Shown here: positions 23,581 through 37,300 of the stretch, one piece after another | Layout of the letters: every line of letters starts with the position of its first letter | How positions within the stretch are numbered: position 1 is the stretch's first letter | Assembly (NCBI GenBank): GCA_043228905.1 | Contig: JBHGNT010000016.1 | Location: 9,114,001 to 9,178,000 of the forward strand | Direction: 5' to 3' | Length of the DNA stretch: 64,000 nucleotides | Source: Azolla caroliniana | Lineage: Eukaryota; Plantae; Polypodiophyta | Made by a program: the position numbers and the translations under genes | The notes under the pieces: generated by a model | What the model was told of the DNA's origin: nothing | The model's input: the letters and a program-made list of their open reading frames with translations, nothing else | Database searches by the model: none

Positions 23581-26500
23581 ACGGTGGAGAAAGTTTTGGA
23601 GAAAATGGAGAAACCAATCAAGATAAACCTGTGCCGACATGATAGGGAACAACTGGAACCGGTGCCGAAGGCCCACAGGAAACTGTGGAAGAGGAGGAGA
23701 TGAAGAAACCCTCCAGCGTCGGCCGAGGCAACGCAAATACGAGCAACATGGGGAAGAATCGGGTTCGGGAAACGACAGTACACTAATTTCCCGCTCAACA
23801 GTGGTGGAGCCAAGACCGGAGGTAGAGACAACAGAAAGGCCAGAAGTGGTGAGCATGGTTCAACATGAACCAGACAAGGAACGACATACATCACCGGGTC
23901 TTCAGACACAACTATAGCATGAAGAGCGCCGACCGGAACGAACACCAGAACAAGAAGGGCCGGTTACACCGAGGTTCGGAGAGGAGCAAGGATGGATGCA
24001 AGAGCCAGTACGATAGTTCAATGTGTTGAAAGAAATCGTTTGGTCAAATCGGAGTGTATATGAACTACGCGCTGAAATATGAATCACACAAGGATGCTAG
24101 AAAACAAGTTCAAACAACTATGCACAGAGATTTACGTGGAAACCCTAAAGCGGGGAAAACCACGTGAACCGATCTTTAGTATAGACAGTGGATATACAAC
24201 AACAGAGAGGATTACAACACTCTTCCGAGTGGATCAGCCACACAGGGCTCTTCGCATTTGTTGTTACTCACACAACTATGGTGCGGCTCACACTTCTCTC
24301 TCACTCACTTTGCACACACACACTCATAGTTATGTTCTCTTCTATTCTGTATCTTAAGGTTTTCCCTAGTTGCATATATATTTACACAACTTTCTGGCTA
24401 TTTACATACCTAGCCCTCATGGGGCGCACATTGAGACTATTTACAAGTATAGTCTCCCGATTTGGCTATATACATGATTCTGGTTTCGGCCTCGGCCGAG
24501 TCCCTCATCAACTCGGCTCCTCTCTCTCCCCATCTAGAGTGATCTGTTTCCTAACATCATCATTATTATTACCATAATAATAATAACAATCGAATCACTG
24601 TTTTCGACCCTTCGACAGTCGGCTTTCCGAACAGTCGGCTCTTCCTCCCACTGGAGGGACATATTCCCAACACATTGTACTCACAGAACACGGAACCTAC
24701 CGGAAATGGCTGGAGTGGCACGGAAAGCAGGTTTCCGGTGTGGTTGACCGGATGGAAGCAGAATGAAGGCGAGAGCCGGAGAAGGCCGAACGGTTGTTGG
24801 CAGCAACCGAGGAATTATAAAAGGCCTAGAATCAAGAGGAGTTGGCCAAGATCAAGGAATTAGCTAAAATTATGGCAAACATGGGCCAGGGCACCAATTC
24901 AGAAATGGAGTAGGTAGAACCGGAAAATATACAAAAGCAAGCTCCAAAAAAAGAAGCAGAGCCGAAGGCGAGCACAACCCCGGTAAAAGAACGTGAGCGG
25001 GAGAAGGAAATGCAAATGCTAAAAGACAAATTTGCCGCTCAAGAGGAATTAAAGGAGAGAGGGAGAGAACTGATGAAGAAATCCGAGGAGGAGAAGAGGA
25101 GAACCAAAGAGAGTCTTTGGAAGATTCAGGGAAGTTATGACAGGTTGAAAGATGAGAAGGATAGCCTGCTGCAAGAGAAGGATAAGTTGTGGAGGATGGC
25201 GGAGACAGATATCAAAAGGCTAAAGGAAGAGATTCGACAGTAGAAGGATCGGGATGATCGATTGCAGTCGTAGGTCAACCAATGCATAAAGCTGGAAACG
25301 GAGGACTTCGAGAAGTTTTACCGGGAGCATAAGTAGGTGGTGGCGGAACACAAGAAGTTGGGGTTGGATTATGACTAGCAGCAAGAGAAGCTCAAGGAGG
25401 CCCAGACGGAGTTGAAAGAGAAAACAGAGGCATTGACGGACCAAAGATGGATGATGGGGGAGACAACGACAAAGGTGTTGGAGGAGGTGTCGAAAGAACG
25501 AATGGAGCTTACGTCGCAACTCTATCAGGAGTTAGAACGGGAAAAGACGGTGTTGGATAGGGTGCAAATGACCTACCAAACCAAACTGATGGAGTATGAA
25601 GTGCAAGCTAAACCAAATGACCTCATCAAGCAGCTAAAGAATGAAAAAGCAGCCACGGAAGACAAAGTCAAAATGGGCATTGGAAGAATTCGGATGCTGG
25701 TAGGAGCATGGAGGGACTAGACGAAAACAAGAATAGTCCACTGTTCAATGATAGTTTGGCATCAATGGTTGAATGAAGCGGCAGAACTCCAACTACTCCG
25801 AGCAGATGCGGCAAACCGGAAGGATAGAGACAATTTCTATAAGATGGATGAGGGAAGCATAGTCACCATCTAGGAGGAATTGTCGGAGGATTTTTATGCC
25901 TTGGCTGACACATAGATAGAGGAAGTTCGGAAACTCCTCAACGGACTTGAAGATGATCAACTCGATGTGCAACTACAACTGGAAGGATATGAGTGGGAAT
26001 GCCGGAGGAAAGAAGCTGCACGGCGGGCGGAGCAAATCAACATTAATGATGAGGAGTAGCCGACAGAGGGAAGACCCCAACAACCAGAGTTGGAGTCGGA
26101 TCAGCAGATGGAAAGCGCTGGAACGAGCCAGATAGAAGAGGCCAGAATGGAAAAGATGGAAAGCACCAAAACGGAGACAGAAGGAGTCAGAACCAAAAAG
26201 ACGATGGGAGCTGGACTAGGACAACAATTGTCTCAACAACCGAAGCAACAACAACAGATGGAAGAATGTAAAAGATTATGTGCGGAAGCAATAGAAAACC
26301 AAACACACAGAAAATATGCAGGTTTAATGGAGAGCTCGAGTATACACAGTATGCGGGAGAGACAGCGAGAGAACACACAGAAAACTCAATTCAAAAAATA
26401 CTAACTCTGTACATACACCATGCTCAGTGAGACCTTTTATGCAAGCCCTGACAATCGGGCTGACACAAGTACTGACAGTACTTGACTGCTCATAAATGAG

Positions 26501-27225
26501 CCTTGACACTCACTCCCAAAATTATTCCTTATGAGGAATATCTCTTTAACGGCCTTTCGGTTTACGCACCAATACGGCCTCTTGTTACGCACCGGTTTGC
26601 GTACTGGTTTACGCATCCGTTTTACACACCAGTCCGGCCTAACCGATCGGTCCCAACCAATCCGGTTCTCGGCTTGCACAGCCGATCCGGCTAATGTTGA
26701 GCTTGTATCTCAACAAAGAAGAACCGTTCAAGCCCTTGGATTAGAGTATACTGGACATGGTCGATGAAGACTAAAGGAGCTAACCCATGGGTTCGACGTG
26801 CAATACATTGTCCCACGGGCGTGCCATGTGTTGGCCAAGAAGTATGTTCCGGACAAGTAATATGGACGGGGATGAGTCGGAGTATAATAATATAATTAGT
26901 AGCATAATTATTAGTTAAGTAATATTATAGGAACGGACGGATCCGGATAGTTGTACCGATCTGAATCCGCACCGATTGATAGTCGGTAGGTGTTTCTGTT
27001 CTTAATTGTTATACCTCGTTTACTTGCCGTTCGGTGCTTAAACTCTTAATCTTATGCGTGTTATAATTAATCGATTGTGTAATAAATAATCCGGAAGACA
27101 TCCGGGAATAGTCGGATCGGAATCGGATAAAAACCGAATAGCATCCATATCCTAACCACCCCTTTGGAGAAGTGTTTCGGAACGGATACCCTGTGTTTGT
27201 GGCTAAGTCCAGCCCAGGAAAAACA
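23581..27225 (+). mobile_element. Athila/Tat-like Gypsy, 3' part: degenerate coiled-coil extra ORF and 3' LTR (26829-27225)
   Basis: E/K/Q-rich ORF fragments homologous to the reverse complement of 43650-46188; LTR TGTTGGCC..AAACA. Confidence 0.72.
24024..24672 (-). mobile_element. Copia solo LTR, 649 bp
   Basis: TGTTG..CCCAACA; end GGAGGGACATATT as in LTR 6756-7440; TSD CAATG / CATTG. Confidence 0.85.
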
Positions 27226-28158
27226 TATAGAAACCACCTGGTCAACTATTTCTCGATTTCAACGCTATCAGTCCCCCCTCTTTCTCTGTCGATTGGTGTT
27301 TCGACCAGTTCTTTCAGCTTGTTCTCTTGATCGGTCAATTTGTCTGATCGACTTAGTCAAGTAGTGGACTTCTACTGACTTGTTGGTGGTGAGTCCCATC
27401 GATTTTTGCCGAATGTGCTCCGTGAGCACTTGTTCGTTTGTCTCATCTAGATTTAGATTTGGACAACTATTGGCAAAAGTCGTAAAAAATACCTCCCAAC
27501 TCGCCCGTAAGCTTGAAAGGAGGGTAAGGGCTTTACCTTCTTCTTTGAAGTTTATCCCTTGGGAGGATAGTTCAGACAACACCCGGTTGAAGGTGTTGAT
27601 GTGAGAGATTGCAGGATCCGTCTCTCTCATCTTCATATTGAACAATTGTATGAGCTTTGATGAGGAGGACTTCCTTTCATAAACGGCTTGGAGCTTCTCC
27701 CACAAGGCAAAGGACGACGTCTCTTTGGCCATGCTTAAGTAGACGTTCTTGGCTAGATGCATTCGGATGGTTGACCTAGCTATTTCTTCCAGGGAGCCCC
27801 ATTCGTTTGCTATCATCGAAGCTGGCTTGTTGGTGTGCCATATTGCCTCGATTTGACACTGGATGGTTAGTACATCTTGCATCATCTCCTTCCATAGGAA
27901 AAAGTTTTTGTTGTCAAACTTTCAGATTTCTACTCCTATGCCGGATGTTGAAGCCATGTTTTGTTGGAAGTGAGATTTGTTGATCTGGTCCTTTTCTTCA
28001 GCCGTTTATTCTCTTCTCAGATTTATGCTACTATTGTTGTTGAACCGCAAGTCGCTCTGATACCACTTGTTGAGTATGGAGTGAATAATGTGGAATTTGA
28101 GGACCTATTGGTTAGTCAGACAAGCAAGATGTATAGCAGATGGACAAGTTAATTATGC

Positions 28159-28245
<87 letters not shown>

Positions 28246-28460
28246 TATTTGCTCAAAAGAAGACTATATTGCATCCCTATTGCATTAACCTTCGAACCAC
28301 TTTACAATGCTTAGGCTCTCACTTATATAGTTAGGGTAACTTAGCCTTAACTATGAGGACGTGTTCACACTAAGAAACAAGTGGGTAGAGTGGGACTTTT
28401 AGCCTAGCAGATCGGACCTAGATTTCCTTGATTAGTCATAGGAATATTAATAGATTAGCT
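27226..28460 (-). mobile_element. Copia (family of element A) 5' fragment: LTR, iMet PBS, gag
   Basis: GCTCTGATACCA at 28054-28065; LTR from 28068 (its far boundary is approximate); gag ORF 27268-27885 is homologous to 5236-5960. Confidence 0.85.
28161..28242. repeat. (AG)41 microsatellite inside an LTR
   Basis: Read directly from the sequence. Confidence 0.97.
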
Positions 28461-29243
28461 AGGTGTCAGGAACTATGAATGAGCTAGTTGTACTTGTGTC
28501 AGTAGTTTTGTATAAAAGGTGCTCTGTGAGCACATTGCAATTATGTCGACAAGCCATAGAGAAAAGCCTTTGTCTTCCAGACAAGAAAAGAAAGGAACAT
28601 GGACAGATGAATGGATAGCTCCCTTTTGTTGGAAAAACTTGACAGGAGCAATTATGCATGTTGGGCAATCAATACCTACTTGGACACAACTATTGGAGCT
28701 ATGTGGAAGGAGCAAACGAGGTACCACTAGAGCCAACACATAGAGAATTCCTAGCTTGGGAGCAAGCAACATGTCAAGTCTTGTACTGCTTCGCCTCATG
28801 TTGGCACGACCAAATGCTTGGGTACATCAGGGATGAAAAGTTGCCGAAGGATGCCTGGGGGGAACTTGAAGAGGGTCTTTGCTGCCAACACCATAGCTAG
28901 TAAGTTGCAACTCAGATATTTGCTCACCAACATCCGGCAAGGAAGTACATAGGTATATTGACTATACCACAAAGATCAAGGAGATTTGTGATGCATTCAG
29001 CTCCATTAGCGTGATGGTGGAGGAAGACGAGATGGTGCAGATCTTCCATGGTGGATTAGCTCACAAATACAAGTCGATTCGGACAACAATCTGCACAAGA
29101 GAGAAGCCTTCGTCATTTTTTGACTTGCAGTCAATGCTCCTTGTAGAGGAGAACCACATGGGTGCATCAACGAGCACACACGCCGATAACAAGATGTTTT
29201 ACACGAAGGGAGATATGCATTGTGGTTGTGGTGGATGAGGTGG

Positions 29244-32200
29244 TGTGATGTTGATCACGACGTACGCGTGCAACGGAAAAGAAAGTTGTGAATTCGGGAA
29301 GTAAACATCGAGCTTCTTGTCAAAGGAGGAGAAACGAAATAGCTTGTATTGATAATTCAAAGATGATTACAATAGTATTTCTTGCCTATCTGATTACAAT
29401 CATATTTCACGTCTATATTTCCTCCCCTTGATATTATTACTCACCCCCCGTTTTATACATGAGGAAGGAGGGTGCATTAGTGCCAAGTGTCACCCATGCA
29501 TAAGAGGCACCCACATTAGTAGGTAATAACTTTAATAGCTAAAATACTTGATAGCAGTAGGATAATAGCAAAAATGTGCTGTGAATAGATTTTTGTCTTT
29601 AAAAGTGGGTAATAGCTTTAATAGCTAAAATACCTGATAGTGAAAATAACAAAATGTGCTGATGATAGGTATTTAGCTTTAAAAGTGGGTAATAGCTTTA
29701 ATAGCTAAAATACCTGATAATGATAATAGAAAAATGTATTGTAGGTATTTAGCTTTAAAAGTGGGTAATAGCTTTAATAACGAAAATACCTGATAGTGAT
29801 AATAGCAAAATGTGTTGATAATAAGTATTTAGCTTTAAAAGTGGGTAATAGTTTTAATAGGTTAAATACTTGATAGTGATAATAGCAAAATGTGCTTTGA
29901 ATAGGTATTTGGCTTTTTGATATTATGTGATAGTGGACAATAGCTTTATTAGCTAAAATACCTGAGAATAGGTATTTAGCTTTAAAATATTCTACTTTGA
30001 TATTATGTGATGGCGGGCAACAACTTTATTAGCTAAAATACCTCAGAATAGGTATTTAGCTTTAAAATATTGTACTTGATATTATGTGATAGTGGGAAAT
30101 TATAGCTTTATTAGCTAAAATACTTGAGAATAGGTATTTAGGTTTTAAATATTTTACTCGATATTATGTTTTTTTGTAGATTCAACTAGGTATTTGCACA
30201 TAATATTATCATCCTCTGGTGACTGATTCTTATCAAGTTATTAGCTATTGCTTAGCTAAAAAACCATTTACAAAAGATTTGAATTAGTTCGTATAATGTA
30301 GTAGAGGTTATTTTCTCATCGTGGCACGAAAACGTAACCACATCCTCCCCCACTAGACCTACGCATTCTCTGGCATGCATCAACAAACATCTCCTTCTTC
30401 AGCTTCATGGATGTCGTCTTCACTAAGGAAGTTTGTGCTTTGATCTTCCCTTTTCTTGAATACGTTAATTTGCTTCCCTGCAATCGGCAACCTTAAAGCA
30501 GCTCCATCCATTTCAGTTAGGAAATAAGTTACATTTTTATTTACTTGTCTAATGACATATGGTCCATAGCATCTTTTGGCAAACTTGCAAGACGTACTAT
30601 GTTCGTTATCCAAGATGCTATCATATAGTATGACGCAATCACCTTCTTGGAGCTTTCTTCATTGAAGGCGATGGGCTTTGTAAAATCCTTCTTTGTTTCG
30701 TAGTTGACATTGTTTCATCCTTGCTATAGCTATTTGAACATCTTCATCTCTTCTTTCTAGTTGTCTTATTCTAAGAGCAAGAAAATCTCTTCTTCTTCTT
30801 CTTCTTCTTCTTCTCATCCATTGTATTAGAGAAAGCATTGATTGTTTTATTAATTGGAAAACATTTTAGTAGGGAACGGAAAGCTTTGGGGCCATTGTGT
30901 CCTTGCCCATCAATGATCCTATTTAAAAATGCAACTCATAAGATGACATATCATGTCCACACGAGTTAATTCATAATTCTTCTTTATTTCTATCCTGCTC
31001 CTGCCTAACAATAAGAAATTGAACACTCCGTTTACCATCGGTACTTCGAATCCTACCATATGTCGAACCACCTTCAAGCACCTTCGTCTCCATCCTAGAA
31101 GATGTGATGTATGGTTGACCAAGAATCACTGGGTATGACAAAGTATTTTGGATAATGAAATGTTGTTCCATTGGCCCATCTCCAATGGTGATTTTGATGT
31201 TCGGGCAAGCTCCATGAAGTTCCTCGGTCATTGAATTGGCCAATTTTACCCTCCACCCATGATCCGTTTCCATTGGCCATCCGCCTTTCCTGTAAATATC
31301 ATAAGAAATTAGATTAATTTCTAAGTCTTGGTCGATTAAGGCCAGGACGGGATCTTCAAGGTTTCCAATATTCATGGGTGTCTCAGTTGTTGCTCTCGCC
31401 CAATGTTTCTTAGCATAATAGCTTTTTAGCTCTTTCGGCTTCTCTTCAAAAGTTATCATCACTATAGGTTGTGTACCAACAATGGAAGAGCTTGGTTCAC
31501 CTTTGATGACTTCCAACGTTGATTTCTTCACTTCACTTCCTAGGTTTTCAGTGGCTTCAATACTTTGTCGTTTACTTTTAATCCCATCTATTATTGCATC
31601 ATGAAATTCCTTTTTAACTATGCCCAAAAGCTCCCTCAAGGAAAGCTCCACCTTGCTATTTAAAATTCTTTCTTCCAATACTTTTTTCAAATCTGTTGAA
31701 GTTTCAATATCTGATAATAATCTGAAGTTGGGACTTTTCTTATCCTTACTTTTTTCAACGTCTGGGCTTACTATTTTCAGATTTTCTATCTCCATCTTTT
31801 TAGCGCTTCTTGGCTCCCACTTCTTGTTTTCATTTTCTGCCCTTTTTCGTTTCTCTTCCATGACCACTTCATGGGCTTGGTTTGTTGCAACCTTCGCAAA
31901 AGCTAAGAGGCCATCCATTGGATCTTCCCACCCAATATCGCTTCGGAAAACATCACCTCTAGACTTCAAGTTTTCAAACTCAATTTTACCCTTTCTTGCA
32001 GTTTTTTAAATACATGGCCAAAAATCAGATTCGGATCCTCATTCACCAACATGGATGACTGTAGTTGTTGGTTGATAGATAGCTTGTGTCCTAGTTGTTT
32101 CCGCATCCTCCATGATCCTTCTCATACCACCTCTTCTAAAGTTTACTTCAGAGAGATAATCAAGTTTCAAAAGAATGAATCTTACAATCTTTGAAGAATA

Positions 32201-33536
32201 TCACTCCTCTATCTATCGCTTCTTGATAGTTATCACACCCTCCTCTTGAATGGTTGACGCTATCACACCATATGCATCTTCTTTTAGAATCTTTTTGGGG
32301 TTGTGAGGATTTTTCTTCTTGTAGCCTTGTAACTTGTAACTTACCCAATCATTAGAACTTGTTGCGAGTTCAAAGACTCTATTTCTCAAAGGGAGTTCAA
32401 CCATCCTCACAAAATTCATTTGAACATCATGTTGGTTTAACCCTTTACTTCCCATCTCAGTAACATATACTTGTAGGAATTTAGATATATTTTTACCTTC
32501 AAAGAGACCTATTTTCTCTACAAGCTTTTCAATAGCATGATCGATTCGTTGAAGAGCAGTTGCACGTTCTTCGGTTTGCATCATTCTTTCAATCATTTGC
32601 AACATCACGTTGATTTGTGGCTCCACAATGACTTCTTGGTTGATTCGTGGCTCCGAACTACTTGTTGGTTCTCCATCTCTCTTAACTTCTCTGGTTCACC
32701 ACTATGATGTTGATAATGGCATACGTGTGCAATGGAAAAGAAAGTTGTGAATCCAGGAAGTAAGCACCGAGTTTCTTGTCAAAGAAAGAGGAGGGACGAA
32801 ATAACTTCTATTGATAATTTCGAGTTGATTATAATAGTATTTCACATCTATATTTCCCCCCCTTGATAAGACTACTCACCCCCCTTTTATACATGAGGAA
32901 GGAGGGTGCATGAGTGCCAAGTGTCACCCATGCATAAGAGGCACCCACATTAGTAGGTAATAACGTTAATAGCTAAAATACTTGATAGTGATATTAGCAA
33001 AAATGTGCTTTGAATAGGTTTTTGGCTTTAAAAGTGGGTAATACCTTTAATAGCTAAAATACCTGATAGTGATAATAGCAAAATATGTTGATCATAGGTA
33101 TTTAGCTTTAAAAGTGGGTAATAATTTTAATAGGTAAAATACCTGATAGTGATAATAGCAAAATGTGCTTTGAATAGGTATTTGGCTTTTTGATTTTATG
33201 TGATAGTGGGTAATAGCTCTATTAGCCAAAATACCTAAGCATAGGTATTTAGCTTTTAAAATATTTTACTTGATATTATGTGGTAGTAGGCAATAGCTTT
33301 ATTAACTAAAATACCTGAGAATAGGTATTTCGTTTTTAAAATATTTTACTCGATATTATGTTTTTTCGTAGATTTGACTAGCTATTTACACATAATATTA
33401 TTATCCTCTAGCAACCAATTCTTATCAAGTTATTACCTATCGCATCGCTAGACAACCATTTACAAAGAATTGAATTAGTTCGTATAATTACGCAGAGGTT
33501 ATTTTCCCATCGTGACGTGAAAACGTCATGGCAACA
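29244..33536 (-). mobile_element. Internally deleted Gypsy (Trp clade) with tandem-repeat-rich LTRs
   Basis: LTRs 29244-30342 and 32703-about 33536; PPT 30343-30351; short PBS TGGTGAACC at 32693-32701; gag, PR (ALIDQDLEINLIS) and INT C-terminus present; RT and RNase H absent. Confidence 0.85.
29520..30170. repeat. About 80-bp and 70-bp tandem units with internal hairpins inside the LTR
   Basis: AAAAGTGGGT at 29601, 29681, 29757 and 29837; GCTAAAATACCT..AGGTATTTAGC inverted pairs; fewer units in the partner LTR (about 32960-33360). Confidence 0.9.
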
Positions 33537-34367
33537 GATCGACACGCAACAGAGGCGGCCAACATGAGCAGAACCAGAGGCACAAAGGAAGTGCCAACAA
33601 CAGTGGACCCTCCACAAATAGGGGCAGTCAAGGAGGTGTCGGGAGCCAGCAAGGGAAAGCCACGAACTATAGTGGTCGAAAGGGTCACAAGGAGACCGAG
33701 TGTTGGAAGAAGAAATTAGATTTGGAGAAAGCCTAATCAAGTGGAGCTGACTTCGAGAGATGGCAGTGTTCACACTACGCGAAAGGTTCCTGGGCGAGTC
33801 AGAACGGGCCTTGCCTTCATCATGAAGCACAAGGCCAGTTCGATGGCGGCGAGCACCTCAAAATTGTAGGAGGTGTGGTGTGTGGATTATAGTGCTTCCA
33901 ATCACATGGCGAGGCATGAAAAGGTTGAAACAGAATGCTTGCACTATGGCCGAAAGGGCCATAGAGAAAGTGAGTGTTGGAAGAAGAGAGCTGATTCAGA
34001 CAAAGCCGGATCGAGCCGGAAAGACGCGAACAGGCGTCATCGATCGCACTTCGCTGGAGGCTCTGAGAGAGCCAGGTCGGGACCCGCCCTCGTCATGAAG
34101 CATAAGGCCAACTGGATGAGAGTATCTGATTCGAAGTTGGAAGAAGTTTGGTATGTGAACTCTGGAGCTTCAAACCACATGATGAACCACAAAGAGTGGT
34201 TCTCCTTTCTCGAGAAGCCAGAGAAGTCAGGGGTAGTCGAAACTGGGGACACACCCCACATCCCATCGTGCACATCTGAGGATTTCCTCTGTGCCATGTG
34301 GGTCAGAAGGGAATCATGAGGAATGTCCTGCATGTACCGACAATCACCAAGAACTTGGTGTCGGTTG

Positions 34368-37300
34368 TGTTGGGAAATCGGTCCCTCTAGATGGGATCCG
34401 ACTGTGAATGAAGAGATCCAGAAACCGGACCGGATGGACCTGGTGAGAATCGGAAGAGAAGACAGATTTATAAATATGTCTTGAGTAAGCCTATTGAGGC
34501 TACATTTGTAAATAGCCCTAAGTTCATATAGGTATAAATATGACTTAGGGCAATCACTTTATGTGAAAGTGAGAGTTGTATATTATAGCTGTTCATATCG
34601 TTGTAACTGCTGTACAGAGATAGATAGAGAGGGAGAGAGTGTGAGATACAAAGCGATACTCTGTTATAACCGCCGGTTGGCGAAGATATAGAGCTCGAGG
34701 TCGTTGCCTCTGAGGCTCTAATTGTACCTTTCTCCTATAGTGATAGTTGGAGTCTATAAGCTCCCGTGGTTTTTCCCATTTAGGGTTTTCCATGTAAACA
34801 TCCTATGTATTTCCTTTGTGTACTCTCCACTTCCCATTTCTGTGTTCTCCATTCTCATCGAAGTGATTCAAGACTCGGTTGTGGCTGAGCAATATTCCGC
34901 GTGATTCTCTTCAAACTGGTATCAAAGCGAACAACACAGGAACTGGAAGAATTGTTCGGCGGCATATTTAAGCTCACCGGCTCCAACTACTCAGTGTGGA
35001 AGTCGAAGATGAGGGATATGATGGTGGTTAAAGATCTTTGGTTGCCGGTCGATGCCACAATGTGGGAGGTGATGCACATGAAGACTACGACAGACATCTG
35101 GTGATTCATCAACATGAGCCTATACAACAACTTCAATGAAGAGAGCAAGGCTCATGAACTCTGGGAGAAGATCGACATCATGTTCCAGAACAAGAATGTC
35201 GTTAATCAGGTTTCGGTATTTTGGAAGCTAGTGAGACTTTGGTACCAGGAGGGCTCCAGTATGGCGGAGCACATGAATGCCTTCCAGGGGCTGATACATC
35301 AAGCAACCTCATTGGAAGTACCTCTCGCCGATGAGGTACTCGTATTGCTCCTACTCGATTCCCTCCTAGATAGCTGGGAGACGTTAGTTGTCACGTTGGG
35401 CAACACCGAGCCGGGAGGAAAGCAGTTATCCCTAGCAAGGGTAATATCAAGCTTGCTAGATGAAGAAGCTCGCCGGAAGGACCAGGAGTCCGGAACCGAT
35501 CCGAAGGCCTTGGTCACAGAAGATGACCACAACCAGGGAAGAGGCCGGTATCGGAGTCCCCAAAACCGGGACAAATCGAGGACGAGGTCGAAGTCAAGGG
35601 GGACCACGTGCTTCTATTGCGGGAAGCTGGGACACTTCCAAAAGAACTGTCGGCATTTCTGGAAGGAGAAAGGAGACTCACCTCAAAAAGTATGGACCAG
35701 TAAAGAAGTATCTTACCGGCATCCGAAGGTGTTCGGGTGTCTCGCATATGTGCATGTTGCAAAGGACAAGAGAGCAAAGCTAGATCCAAAGTCCATGCCA
35801 TGCATATTCCTTAGATACGGCAATGATGAGTTCGGTTACCGGGTGTGGGATCTGGTCGGCAAGAAGGTGTTCTGGAGTCGGGACATAGTCTTCATGGAAG
35901 ACAGGACCATGGCTGACTGGAAGTCGGAGAAGAAGATGATCAACTCCGGATCATCCAATGAAAATCGGCCTGAGGACACAAGGACCTACTCGGTTGAGAA
36001 CCGGATGTTAGATGGTAAATGGATGACACTTGATTAACCGGCCGGATACGGACAGGAATCCGAAACGACCGAAGAAGAAGACAAAGAAGAAGAAGAAGAC
36101 ACCAGAATCAAACAAGATTTCGAGACGGAGGAACTGGTAGTTAGAAACCAGGGACGGAGATATCCTCTCCGGGAGAGAAGAGCCCCCCGGAAATTTCCGG
36201 ATACAGAGCATGTGTTGCTAACCGATGAGGGGGAGCTGGAAAGCTTCGAAGAAGCAAAGAGAGACACACACAGCTGCAAGTGGTTGAGTGTCATGCAAGA
36301 TGAGATGGATTCCCTGCATGAGAACCACACATATGAATTGGTGGAGTTACCGAAAGGAAAGAGGGCACTCCGGAACAAGTGGGTGTACAAGCTGAAATCG
36401 GGAGACGCTGGAAATCCACCAAGGTATAAGGTCCGAATCATGGCGAAGGGCTTCCAACAGAAGAAAGGAGTGGACTTCAATGAGATCTTTCCCCCGGTAG
36501 TAAAGATGGCATCCATCCAGACGGTATTGGGCATAGCGGCAAGCATGGACCTCGAGGTAGAGCAACTGGACATCAAGACGGCATTCCTACATGGCAACCT
36601 CGAAGAAGAGATCTACATGCATCAACCAGAAGGATTTGAGAAGAAAGGGAAGGAGCACATGGTGTGTCGGCTGAAGAAGAACCTATACGGACTGAAGCAA
36701 GCTCCCCGGCAATGGTATCGGAAGTTCGAATCCTTCATGACCGACCAAGAGTACCACAAAACACAAGCCGATCACTATGTGTTTGTGACGAAATTTGACG
36801 GAGGAGATTTCTTGATACTCCTATATGTGGATGATATGTTGATCGTCGGAAGAGACCAACTCAAGATACGGATGCTGACGAAGGCCCTGAATTGGACCTT
36901 CTCAATGAAAGACTTGGGAACAACAAGACAGATATTGGAAATGCACATCATCCGGGACCGATCGAAGAAGTTGTTGTGGTTGTCACAGGAGAAGTACGTG
37001 ACGAAGGTGCTTCAACGGTTCAACATGTCGGAGGCGAAGCTGGTCGGATCGACACTTCCGGCAAACTGCAAGCTGTCCATATGCCTCTGCCATCGGAAGC
37101 TTGATGTACGCGATGGTATGTACCCGACCGGATATCGGATATGCAGTCGGAGTGGTGAGCCAGTTCATGAGCAATCCTGGCAAAGAGCATTGGAATGCAG
37201 TCAAGTGGATACTCCAATACTTGAAAGTTACCTCGAGTATGTGCCTCCGGTTCGGCTCCGATAATCCCCAACTTGACAGATTCATGGATTTGGATATGTC

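Noticed and set aside
28140-28334. RE-repeat ORF
   Set aside because: Translation of (AG)n
29520-30170. Palindromic repeats resembling a CRISPR array
   Set aside because: Intervening sequences are themselves repeated, there are no cas genes, and they lie within LTRs in a eukaryotic context
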